64,000 nucleotides of DNA, from positions 3,254-67,253 of IMG/VR virus record IMGVR_UViG_3300010389_002125; one strand, written 5' to 3'. The notes under the pieces are model-generated. The model worked only from the letters and a program-made list of their open reading frames with translations, was not told where the DNA came from and ran no database searches. A program made the position numbers and the translations under genes. This DNA comes from a virus. Positions 29,700-39,243 of this stretch are shown here, one piece after another (within the stretch, counting starts at the first letter, position 1; each line of letters starts with the position of its first letter).

Positions 29700-30482
29700 A
29701 TGGATTGGGTAATTAGAAGAGGGCAAAACCCTGATCAAGCAACAGCTATTGTTGATACACCTATGAATGTAGACTCTAGTTTAGCTGACTATGATCAGAT
29801 GAATTATAATACCAGTCAGATATCTTTTTCTGGCGCTGATGCAGTTGCCACTATTATTATTCCCACTATTGGTTCAGATGGGTCAGTTACTGGCCCTGGG
29901 GAAGTTGTGGAGCTGGGTGAGATTCAAACACTATCTTATTCCATGCACAGGGAGAATTCTCCAATTAGAACTTTGGGGCATGTTAATCCTCGTGGTTTCA
30001 TAAAGGGTGGAAGAACGATTGCAGGAAGCCTAATTTTTACTGTTTTTAATGAATATGTATTTTATAGGCTTTCTCAGTACAAAGATCTCTTAGCAAGAAG
30101 AAACGGTTTTTTTGCACCACTTGCTGATATGTTGCCACCGTTTGATATTGTTGTTTCATTTTTTAATGAATATGGAAATATGTCTAAAATGAAGATATTT
30201 GGTGTTACTATAGTTGATGAAGGTCAAACATTATCTATAGATGACTTAATTATAGAACAAACATACACGTATATGGCAAGAGGGATTCAGCCTATGGTTC
30301 AGATGGTTTCCCCTCATGAGAAGTCAGATTCTGATAATCCTGATAGCACTAAAGACCCTAGAGTTGTTGAAAGACAGTTAAATATTCAATATAATATTTT
30401 TGGTGATCAAGTCGTAGATGACTTAACGAAATTGTATGAATCAAATATGATAGATAAGGTAGTTCCACCTAATGTCCGCTAA
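29700..30482 (+). CDS. Tail tube paralog 2 (tube initiator-like)
   Basis: FSGADA...RENSPIRTLG...GGRTIAGSLIFTVFN...LPPFDIVVSFFNEYG is clearly homologous to the tube protein. Confidence 0.78.
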   Translation: MDWVIRRGQNPDQATAIVDTPMNVDSSLADYDQMNYNTSQISFSGADAVATIIIPTIGSDGSVTGPGEVVELGEIQTLSYSMHRENSPIRTLGHVNPRGFIKGGRTIAGSLIFTVFNEYVFYRLSQYKDLLARRNGFFAPLADMLPPFDIVVSFFNEYGNMSKMKIFGVTIVDEGQTLSIDDLIIEQTYTYMARGIQPMVQMVSPHEKSDSDNPDSTKDPRVVERQLNIQYNIFGDQVVDDLTKLYESNMIDKVVPPNVR

Positions 30483-31452
30483 AGAAGAATTTAAATTTAA
30501 TCCTTTATCTGAGAAGATAGATTTAAAATGGGCCGGAAGAGCCAAAGAGGGAAGTAAGAATTTTAATAGTTATTACGACTATTATTTTAGTGGTGAAGAT
30601 ATTAGAATTTATGTTGATGGTCTTTTTGATGTAGATGATGAACTTGACTTAGCATCATTTGCCTATTCTGTTAGGCAGGAGAAGCAGCCGATATATGGAT
30701 TCTGGTCCTATAACTATGATACAGTTATGTTGGGTACAAGGGTTGTTGTTGGAGAGTTTACTCTATATACTAGATATCCTCAAAGAATGACACAGTTGTT
30801 GGAAAAAGCAGCTCTCAATAGAGTTAATGCAGATTCTTTTGGTGGGCAGAATGAGGGAAGTAGTATTGTAACAAGGTTGTCTTCCGAGTTTGCTAGAGAG
30901 CCTTATGATGAGGAAAATATTCAAAAATATTGGTCCTATAGTCAGTTAGATAGAATTACTAATGATATGTATTCTGATGCTATAGATTCTAAAAATATTT
31001 TTAGTGCGCACCCACCTTTTAATTTTGTTATAGTTTATGGAGCAGAACAGACTGCACTTAGCCCTAGGGACATATTGAATTCTCAAGATATATCAGTTGG
31101 AGATACAATAGATAGAGTTGTGGCAGCAGATGTTAACGAAAGAAATGTCAAAGTTGATTCTTTAACAAATCCTATGAAGGTAGTAATACAACAGGTTAAC
31201 TTGACTAGTTGTACTAATTCTTATAGTGTAGGAGGAACCGCTTTAGTGGAAACCTATCAGTTTATGGCTAGAGATTTTTATTTCTCTGACGTTGATGTTT
31301 CTTTTATTAAGAACCTAAAAATAACTAGTGCTTCTGATAGTTTTGATATACCAGATGCTCCACCTATTGTCCTTGATGACGATGGTAATAGAGTCTGGCA
31401 GGATGTAGATGCTAATCCGGGAAGTGTAATTCCTCCCGGAACCGCAGTGTGA
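30472..31452 (+). CDS. Tail tube paralog 3 (tube initiator-like)
   Basis: FSGEDI...QEKQPIYGFW...GTRVVVGEF...HPPFNFVIVYG...ETYQFMARD. Confidence 0.72.
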   Translation: MSAKEEFKFNPLSEKIDLKWAGRAKEGSKNFNSYYDYYFSGEDIRIYVDGLFDVDDELDLASFAYSVRQEKQPIYGFWSYNYDTVMLGTRVVVGEFTLYTRYPQRMTQLLEKAALNRVNADSFGGQNEGSSIVTRLSSEFAREPYDEENIQKYWSYSQLDRITNDMYSDAIDSKNIFSAHPPFNFVIVYGAEQTALSPRDILNSQDISVGDTIDRVVAADVNERNVKVDSLTNPMKVVIQQVNLTSCTNSYSVGGTALVETYQFMARDFYFSDVDVSFIKNLKITSASDSFDIPDAPPIVLDDDGNRVWQDVDANPGSVIPPGTAV

Positions 31453-31458
31453 TATAAT
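31450..31458 (+). promoter_or_regulatory. Extended -10 promoter (TG-A-TATAAT) upstream of the tail assembly chaperones
   Basis: TGATATAAT then AAGGAG SD and ATG 31484; no clear -35. Confidence 0.5.
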
Positions 31459-31483
31459 ATTAAAAAAATAAAGGAGATATTTT

Positions 31484-32029
31484 ATGTCTGATGTTAAAAA
31501 GGTTATGGTAGAAGTAGATGGTGTCGAAGATGTCCTTGTCCATGATGACACTGTTGAAGTTAATGATAATATGGATGAAGAGGCCACTGATTCATCCCCT
31601 GATATAGTTTTAGAGGATCATGTTGAGTTTTCTGTCGATGACGCTCCTGTATCTGTTGAGGATCTTGACGAAGATGAGGAGATTTGGCCTGGTGGCCCTA
31701 CTGCAGCTATGATCATTAACTGGAAAGAGCAGTATGGCGATGTATACGTTACTTCTATTACCTATGATAGTCACATAGTGTGGAGAGTATTGAATAGATT
31801 AGAATATAAAAATATAGTTAAGAAAATGGAAACTTTAATACAAGACGGTGCTATGAGTTCTGCAGAAGCTAACATGTGGAATGAGGAAGCTATAGCTCAA
31901 ACTTGTGTCTTGTATCCTCAGATAGATTTAGGAAATCTAACTGGTGCGATGGCAGGGGTTCCTTCTTTAATATCTCAAGAGGTTTTGGAAGCTTCTGGAT
32001 TCGTTGCTCTAGAAGTGCGACAGCTGTGA
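31484..32029 (+). CDS. Tail assembly chaperone (G-like)
   Basis: Between tube and tape-measure genes; WKEQYGDVY...WRVLNRLEY...CVLYP...AGVPSLISQEVLEASGF. Confidence 0.7.
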   Translation: MSDVKKVMVEVDGVEDVLVHDDTVEVNDNMDEEATDSSPDIVLEDHVEFSVDDAPVSVEDLDEDEEIWPGGPTAAMIINWKEQYGDVYVTSITYDSHIVWRVLNRLEYKNIVKKMETLIQDGAMSSAEANMWNEEAIAQTCVLYPQIDLGNLTGAMAGVPSLISQEVLEASGFVALEVRQL

Positions 32030-32035
32030 TGTTTA

Positions 32036-32662
32036 ATGTTAGATCCAACTTCTTCTTTTGAATTAAAATATAAGTATGGTAATTTATACTTTATATCTAT
32101 AAAAGGTGTAGATTTATATTTTCGTGAATTAACTTTTAAAGAGTATGAAAAAGTACTATATTTTCAACGGACAGAGGAATATTCTTACGCTGATATTGAA
32201 GATATAGTTTTACAACAGGCTATAGTATATCCAGAAAATTTTGATTTAAATAAAATACCTCCAGGAGCTGTTTCTTCTTTAGCTGAAGAAGTTATAGATT
32301 TATCTGGCTTTTCTTCTGCAAGGATGGCCAAGAAAGTACTACTTTCAAAAAGAGAAGAGGCTAATGAGGTAAAGAATTTAATGAAAGCTTTTGTATTGGC
32401 TACTATTAGTTCATATTCTCCTGATGATTTGGAAAATATGACCTTTTCTCAATTGGCTGAAAAAGTAGCCTTATCGGAAAAGATAATAGAAATACAGCAA
32501 AATATAAATGGTATAGAGTCAACTAATATTACTCTTGAGCTTATAGATCCAGAAGAGGAAATGGAAAAGCATAAAGAGATGGCTAAGAAGCATGATCTGG
32601 CAAAGCCTGCTGGTGCAGCCGGAATAGATGACCCAATAGCTAATAAGCTTTGGGCAGGATAA
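32036..32662 (+). CDS. Tail assembly chaperone paralog with C-terminal T-like extension
   Basis: LKYKYGNLY...FRELTFKEY...AIVYP...PGAVSSLAEEVIDLSGF parallels the upstream ORF; extra YSPDDLENMTFSQL domain. Confidence 0.65.
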   Translation: MLDPTSSFELKYKYGNLYFISIKGVDLYFRELTFKEYEKVLYFQRTEEYSYADIEDIVLQQAIVYPENFDLNKIPPGAVSSLAEEVIDLSGFSSARMAKKVLLSKREEANEVKNLMKAFVLATISSYSPDDLENMTFSQLAEKVALSEKIIEIQQNINGIESTNITLELIDPEEEMEKHKEMAKKHDLAKPAGAAGIDDPIANKLWAG

Positions 32663-32674
32663 TAGGGGGAAAAT

Positions 32675-35600
32675 ATGATTAGGGATCCTGGTCCAGTATT
32701 AAACGTTGGTCACAGTGTTACCTCTCGTGATATTCCCACGAATACCGAAGAGACTGAAGGTATATCCCCTAACTCTGGTATTTTAACTAGGGCCGTAAGT
32801 GGTAATCCGGTCCTAAAATTCTTTAGTTCAGCAGCAGTTACAATGGTTGGCGCATATGCAGCCTCAAAGCTAACTAGAGCTGGTGGACTTAGATTAGCAA
32901 AGACCATACAAGATAAAGCCACTGTCGATGCCGATAAGTTTTCTACTACTATAGTTAAATCTGTTACTGAACTTAGAAGGCACTTAGACGAACTCCAGGG
33001 GTTGACAAGAATTGGTGGAGATAGGGCTTATTCAGATTTAGTTTGGGAAATGGATGGTAAGTTAACCACTGGTATAGATCTAGATGGTAGGCTACAGGAG
33101 ACTTCTGGTGTAGGTTTTCTTAAGGCTAATGAAATAGCAGGAGCTAATGAAGGTATCTTAAGAGAGCCCGCTGCGGTATGGTCTTTTAGGGATACTCTGC
33201 AGCAAAAAATGGTTAGGGCTGGACGCCGTCTTCCTTATGAATTACCTGCTTTTTATGCTGCCCAAAAAGCAATTGTTGATCCACTTTTTGGTGAAAAGAT
33301 CAGTGATGAAAAGAAGGTTAACTGGGCTAACCCGGTAGATGTAATAACAGATTTTACAAAAGAATCAGTTATCGCTGCTGCAACAATGATATTGCCGTTT
33401 GAGTTTGCTGGAGCTGCGGCAACACAAACTAGAAGTTCATTGCATACCGCTAGGCACTCGTCTGCAAACTTAGCAAGGTTAACACCTATACAGCAAAAGA
33501 TGCACAAGGGGTTTGTTGAGTTAGATGAGGTAACTAAACTTGTTGGTCACCCTTTATCTTCTCTTCAGGATAGATTTTTAAAAACCTCTGCCCGGGCCTC
33601 TGGGGCTTTTAGTGCAGTCGCTGACCCGTACAGAAATCAGCAAGGGTTTGTTCAAAACTTAAGATCACTTAGACATGGCTACAATGCAGCAAAAAAGGAT
33701 ATAGCCGACAGAGCTGCAAAAGGTGAGCAAGTAAAGAATATTAAATTTACAGATTTATTTAGTTCTAAAACGTTAGGTCCAGAGTCTTCTGCTACTGCAT
33801 TTGATTTAATTCCTGGAATGAGTGGACTTCCTGGGGCAATTAAGACTTTCAAAGAGACATATAAGATCTACGGTGACGCATATGATGTAGTTAGTGGAAA
33901 AGTAAATAGAAACAGACTACTTAAAAAACGACCTACTGAGTATGAGTCCCCCTTAGATGCGGCGATTGATAGGTTACAGTCTTCTTCTCGTTCAAGATTT
34001 GTAGACATAGTTGGATCCCTCGGTTCTCAAAGTGCTAAGAACGATTATCTAAGCACTAGGATAGAGTCAGATATAAAAAAGTCTCTTGAGACTAATCTTA
34101 GAAGACTTGGTTTTAGTGAGTCAGATTCTTTAAATTTTGTTAAAAACATAAATGTTGATCAAGGTGTACTTAAGGCAATAGCATCTGCTAAAGATGATAC
34201 AGTTTTAGGTGTTGATCCAACTAAGCTAATTACAATGGGGTCCATGAAAAACTATGGTATTCCTGGATCTAAAAAAATAAACGATGTTGATTCTTTTTTT
34301 GAAAATATACTTGTTAGATATGGATCTATATCAAAAGATTCAGAAATAGCTCATAAAATTGGAGCAAGACAATTAAGAAAAACCGTACAGGAAAGTTTTG
34401 AGGATGTAGCAGATAGAGTTAATAATGAGTATATAGGGAATGTCTATAAAGAGTGGGGAACTATACGGGCTAATCATATAGGTCAAATTGGATCAGAAAT
34501 TTCCGGTAAAAATAAGCTTTCTTATTTGTCTGTAAAAGAAAGGAACCCTAGAAATGTTGCAGCTGTTCAGAAAGCTGTTGGAAGAGCGCTGGGCCTTAAT
34601 GACGCTAGTGATAGAGTTTTAAGAAACGCTCTAATCAGAAGAGGTTTTGATCCTGACGATTTTAACGGAATGAGATCTTTCTTATTGAGAAATAGAAAGA
34701 TGAGTTCTGGACTTTTTTCAAGGTCTAGTGGTCTAGGGCAGAAGGTCTATTTACGAGACATAACTGACGCTAAAAAATATGAAGATCTAGATTATAACTT
34801 AAAGCAGATAGTGTCTCAAGAAAAGTTTGAATCTTTACAGGGATTTGTTCAAAAGTCAAATACCGGCGGTTCTGCTATGAATACTTCTTTGGAGCAAACT
34901 GCAATTTCTGGTTTAAGAAAAAGAGTAAGTAAAAATGGAGCAGTTTCTTATCTTGATTATAGTGGGGTAAAAGGTAACCTAAGATCCGCTGCTAATTTCT
35001 TTATGGATGAGTTTAAAATTCCTGTATTGGGTTTTAATCCTTTTAATTTATTTGGTAAATCTTCTTTTAATGCGATGGCGAACAGTTCGCCAGTGCAAGT
35101 TATTTCTGGTAGATCAGTGCAGCCTTTTGCTTCTGAGATAGGCGCAGATGATTTTGCAGTTTTTGTTAAAACTAAAGCAGCTAAAGGTAGGGTAATTAAG
35201 GTATCTGGTTCAGATACTGGCGGAATTAAAACAAATATGTTGGATGGCTACTATAGGCCTGTTCATACGTCAAGCAATGAGCTCTTGTCAAGGTATGCCA
35301 GAAACGCTTCAGGAGTTAGGGGTGAGTCACCGTATCAGACAGCAGCAAGGTTTGAGGGGAGGGATAATTTAACTATTCCCGAGAGAATCAAGCAAGCTTT
35401 TGATGTAGATATTGAAAATCAAGGAAGCATTGGTGGGTTTATAAATAGATTTAGGGGAAGGGCTTTTGATTTAGAGAATCCCACTACTCTAAGCAAGCTG
35501 CTTCGAGGTGACGCTATTACAAGTTATCGCGGAGGTAGAAAAACTGTACTAAAAGGTCGAGTTAACGGGGCTAAACTAGATATTGTAGATGAAAGTACTG

Positions 35601-38600
35601 GAAAAGTTGTTAAATCACTTTCTGAGCAAGACGTTTTTAAGGGTTTAGATTCTCTTAGAAGAAGTACTGATAAGTATGGTATTTCTTCAAGAGTAGTGGA
35701 AGCAGCTGAAGCTGATAAGTTATTTAGTGATGGTCTAGAGTTAAGTGGTGTAAATAGTGCTTCCGGTTTAAGAAAATTGATATCAGATTTAGCAGATGTT
35801 GAAACACAGATGCTTGATAAGCAAGGTATTTCTAAGACGCAGCAAAAGGCCGTTCAAAGATCTAGGGCAAAAATAAATAGAATGATAGATGCTCAAGAGC
35901 TTTCTGCTCTTTCGAGTAAGGCTGCGGATTCCCCAACAATAACAACCGCTTTTGACGATATAATTACAGCAGTATTCAGGCACAGAATGTCTACTGAAGG
36001 TATATTGGCCGCAAAAGCTGGTAAGCCAGATCCTTTTGTTAGGTTAAATAGTGTGCTCGATGATTTGGTTCAAGGGGGTCGTATAAGTAGTGCGCAGAGA
36101 GCTGAATCTAAAGCTTCGATCCTAGGAGCTTTGATAGATAAGGCGGCATTCTCTACTTACAGCCCTACTAACTCTGTTTCCAGAGATGCAAGAAACGCTT
36201 TCACAGAGTTAATTAATAATAGGCAAGCTTTTGAGCATTTTTCTGAACCGTTTTCTTCTGGTTCTATTAATGGGATTACTGGAGGAGTTAAGAAGAGGTT
36301 AAGTCCATTAACTTCTAAATTAAATGGCCGTTTTACTACCGGTAAGCATTCTATGCGAGATTTTTATACTGATCCGCTAGGTTCTGGTCAGCAAACTACT
36401 TTGGTTCCAACTTTTGGAACAGTATTCAGCAAGAGTCCAATGGGCGCAATTAAAAGCGCTGCTGGCCTGACTACATACAGTGATCCTGGATCATACTCCA
36501 ATGCGAGTGCAGCAGTAGCACACAGCGTTGGTCGTCTTAATGGATATTTTAGCGCAGCAGGAGTTGGCATTAAAGGTGACTATAGTGGCCCTCTTAGTGA
36601 ATTTGCGATTGGTATGGTTGGAAAGAGGGTTCTTCCTGCGTATATAGCTGGAATGACTTTTATCACTGCAGATAGAACTGTTGGCGGAATGGTCAATGAA
36701 AAAGATGATGAGGGTGAAAGAGTTTACTCTCCATTTTTAGTTACAAAGGCGGCGCGCGCAGCTGTTGAAGTTCAGTCAGTATTTTCTGGAATTACTCCCG
36801 GAGGTCCGGGGTATCAGGAGAAGAGGGAAGAATTACTTGAGGGAGAAGTTGCAATCAGACAAGGTAGGTACTGGCCTTTAGGTTTCACTCCCTTTAAGGG
36901 TGGTAAAATAGAGTATTATAGACCTTCTTATTATAGAAGGCTTCAAGCCGGAGCTTTGTATACCGATGATACCTATGGCAGTCCAATTGAAAAGTTTTTA
37001 TTCTATAATGATATATCCCCTTTGAGACCATTTGATCCATATAGATTTGAGAAGAAACATTATGAAGATAGGCCATACCCCGTAACTGGTGACTACTTTA
37101 CTGGACCATTTGGTCCATTGACAACTATAGGTAATTTAACTATAGGAAAAATACTAAAACCAAGAAAGACCATGCATGAAGCAGAGCTGCAGATGGGTCT
37201 TGCTAATTATATGCCAGCGGGACAGTTTGGGGCGTACGACGCCTCAGCGTATCTGGGTTCAAATGCTGGATATCAGCAGCCTTCAGTACCAGGTGCAAGC
37301 ATGTATGGCGCACCTATGGGGGCCGGACAGGGTAATATGCCTGGTGGTTTTACTCAAATAGCACAATCTAATGCCGAGATGGCATCAAGAGCTGGTCCAA
37401 CAGGATTGGCTACTGGAATGATTAGGAATGACATAAGTTCTGTTAACTCGCAATTTGCAGCTATGGCTTATGGTCCGCCAAAATCATCTGGAATTATGAC
37501 CCCCTCTATTGTTGCATCTGGTTCACCTATAAGTTCTGGATCTATGGAATATCAATTTGGAGAACTTGGCTATAGGACTCAAGAAATGGCGGGTATATAC
37601 GGTTTTGCATTAGCTAACGTTAGGGAAACTTTTGGTTTGGGTCAATCAGATCTAACTCCTCAGAGGTCTGTTTTGGAGTCTGCAAGTAAAGCATACGGAT
37701 CAACTAGATCCTTTTGGGATCTTAATTTAGGCGGCTTAGGTGACGCACCACTCCCTTCGGAAGGTATAGGTAATCTAGAATTTTCTGAGGTAGTCAGAAG
37801 GTTTATACCAAAAGAAAGAACTGATGTAGATTTTATTAATCCTATAAGAAATAGGATGGCAGATGAATATCCATTTTTACCTGGATCAGAATATTTTACA
37901 AATTTTAAAACTGGAGATCCATATACAAAAATTAAAGAAGGAGAATTGAGACTTCCTGGCTTAGGTTATGAAAGACTTAATAGGCTGTATGGAGATGAAA
38001 CTGGAAGATATGGAATAACAAATCAGTTAGATATACTTGGAGATGTGGCACCCTACTCTAAGCAGTATAGGTCTTTAAATAAGCAGATAGATTCTATGGC
38101 CTTGTCTCCCGATGAGAGAATAAGAGTTGCAGAGATACGTGAACAGGTAGAATCAAAAAGTGTTAGAAGACAATTTTCTGATTATAGTTTTAGAGGTTCT
38201 TCAGCGGAAGATATGGGACTTGATCCTAGGGCTTTTACATTAGGTAGGATTGGTGAGGCTATAGCTCATACAGATAACTTTATTGTAAATAAAACAATTG
38301 GTAGACAAACTGCGGTTGAAGATTGGGAAAGAAAAAATGTTTACGGATCTACATTTCCACAGTGGCAAAGTCCAGTCTCAAGTTTCATTGCACCGATGGT
38401 AAATAAGGCAACTCAAGATAATCCAATTGTAGCATCAACATCCATGGCAATAGTTGGTTCACTTTTTGGTGCGACACCTAGAGCTAGGGCATTCGGTGCG
38501 ACAGCAGGGTTTATTACTGGCGCTAGTGCTTCGATTTATGGACAGGTTAAAGAGTTTGCTACTGGCGAAAGACATATTCCAATGGAAAGAAAAAAAGAAT

Positions 38601-39241
38601 TAGCGTTAGAAGAGTATGTTGATGTTTTAAGTTATGTAAAAAATTCTAGGTTAGCTTCCTTAGCTCAGCAGTCTGGAGATTTTAGTTCGGCAGTTCAGTT
38701 TAGAAGGCAGGCTCAGGCAACTATGTATGGTTCAGATTTGGATAATATTAATGTCGAACTTATGAAGTACGCAGTTCCCAAGAGAAAAAGAGAGCATTTT
38801 GAACGAATGATACAGGAGACGGATGAGGGAGAACGAGAGAAGATATTGTCTACTTCAGGAAGGTTAGAAAGAAGGCTGTACCAGGCTGCGTGGGGAATGA
38901 GAGTTGAAAAGAGGCCTGAACTTGATGAATATTTTGAAAGACATGAACTACCAGATGAATCATGGGAAGGCTGGCATGCAAACACTAATATGGATCATGT
39001 GAAGATTAAAATGGGTCAGTCAATGGGTCTAGATATGTCTCAAATGGGTTACTATCCACAACAGTTGAAGCAGGCAAATTTAGCTAATCCATCTTATCCT
39101 AGTTTTTTTTCAGATGAAGACAGTGAAGATATGTTTTTGAGATTAAAATCTTTAATGTCTGGGATGGGTGTTTCTGGAACTGTTATACCTGTAGCAAATA
39201 CATTTGGTAGACAAGATATTAATATTTCTTATGGAGTTTAA
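32675..39241 (+). CDS. 2188-aa tape-measure-like / ejected virion protein
   Basis: Very long, largely helical, several hydrophobic segments; directly after the chaperones; aromatic C-terminal block GRYWPLGFTPFKGGKIEYYRP...HYEDRPYPVTG. Confidence 0.65.
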   Translation: MIRDPGPVLNVGHSVTSRDIPTNTEETEGISPNSGILTRAVSGNPVLKFFSSAAVTMVGAYAASKLTRAGGLRLAKTIQDKATVDADKFSTTIVKSVTELRRHLDELQGLTRIGGDRAYSDLVWEMDGKLTTGIDLDGRLQETSGVGFLKANEIAGANEGILREPAAVWSFRDTLQQKMVRAGRRLPYELPAFYAAQKAIVDPLFGEKISDEKKVNWANPVDVITDFTKESVIAAATMILPFEFAGAAATQTRSSLHTARHSSANLARLTPIQQKMHKGFVELDEVTKLVGHPLSSLQDRFLKTSARASGAFSAVADPYRNQQGFVQNLRSLRHGYNAAKKDIADRAAKGEQVKNIKFTDLFSSKTLGPESSATAFDLIPGMSGLPGAIKTFKETYKIYGDAYDVVSGKVNRNRLLKKRPTEYESPLDAAIDRLQSSSRSRFVDIVGSLGSQSAKNDYLSTRIESDIKKSLETNLRRLGFSESDSLNFVKNINVDQGVLKAIASAKDDTVLGVDPTKLITMGSMKNYGIPGSKKINDVDSFFENILVRYGSISKDSEIAHKIGARQLRKTVQESFEDVADRVNNEYIGNVYKEWGTIRANHIGQIGSEISGKNKLSYLSVKERNPRNVAAVQKAVGRALGLNDASDRVLRNALIRRGFDPDDFNGMRSFLLRNRKMSSGLFSRSSGLGQKVYLRDITDAKKYEDLDYNLKQIVSQEKFESLQGFVQKSNTGGSAMNTSLEQTAISGLRKRVSKNGAVSYLDYSGVKGNLRSAANFFMDEFKIPVLGFNPFNLFGKSSFNAMANSSPVQVISGRSVQPFASEIGADDFAVFVKTKAAKGRVIKVSGSDTGGIKTNMLDGYYRPVHTSSNELLSRYARNASGVRGESPYQTAARFEGRDNLTIPERIKQAFDVDIENQGSIGGFINRFRGRAFDLENPTTLSKLLRGDAITSYRGGRKTVLKGRVNGAKLDIVDESTGKVVKSLSEQDVFKGLDSLRRSTDKYGISSRVVEAAEADKLFSDGLELSGVNSASGLRKLISDLADVETQMLDKQGISKTQQKAVQRSRAKINRMIDAQELSALSSKAADSPTITTAFDDIITAVFRHRMSTEGILAAKAGKPDPFVRLNSVLDDLVQGGRISSAQRAESKASILGALIDKAAFSTYSPTNSVSRDARNAFTELINNRQAFEHFSEPFSSGSINGITGGVKKRLSPLTSKLNGRFTTGKHSMRDFYTDPLGSGQQTTLVPTFGTVFSKSPMGAIKSAAGLTTYSDPGSYSNASAAVAHSVGRLNGYFSAAGVGIKGDYSGPLSEFAIGMVGKRVLPAYIAGMTFITADRTVGGMVNEKDDEGERVYSPFLVTKAARAAVEVQSVFSGITPGGPGYQEKREELLEGEVAIRQGRYWPLGFTPFKGGKIEYYRPSYYRRLQAGALYTDDTYGSPIEKFLFYNDISPLRPFDPYRFEKKHYEDRPYPVTGDYFTGPFGPLTTIGNLTIGKILKPRKTMHEAELQMGLANYMPAGQFGAYDASAYLGSNAGYQQPSVPGASMYGAPMGAGQGNMPGGFTQIAQSNAEMASRAGPTGLATGMIRNDISSVNSQFAAMAYGPPKSSGIMTPSIVASGSPISSGSMEYQFGELGYRTQEMAGIYGFALANVRETFGLGQSDLTPQRSVLESASKAYGSTRSFWDLNLGGLGDAPLPSEGIGNLEFSEVVRRFIPKERTDVDFINPIRNRMADEYPFLPGSEYFTNFKTGDPYTKIKEGELRLPGLGYERLNRLYGDETGRYGITNQLDILGDVAPYSKQYRSLNKQIDSMALSPDERIRVAEIREQVESKSVRRQFSDYSFRGSSAEDMGLDPRAFTLGRIGEAIAHTDNFIVNKTIGRQTAVEDWERKNVYGSTFPQWQSPVSSFIAPMVNKATQDNPIVASTSMAIVGSLFGATPRARAFGATAGFITGASASIYGQVKEFATGERHIPMERKKELALEEYVDVLSYVKNSRLASLAQQSGDFSSAVQFRRQAQATMYGSDLDNINVELMKYAVPKRKREHFERMIQETDEGEREKILSTSGRLERRLYQAAWGMRVEKRPELDEYFERHELPDESWEGWHANTNMDHVKIKMGQSMGLDMSQMGYYPQQLKQANLANPSYPSFFSDEDSEDMFLRLKSLMSGMGVSGTVIPVANTFGRQDINISYGV

Positions 39242-39243
39242 AA

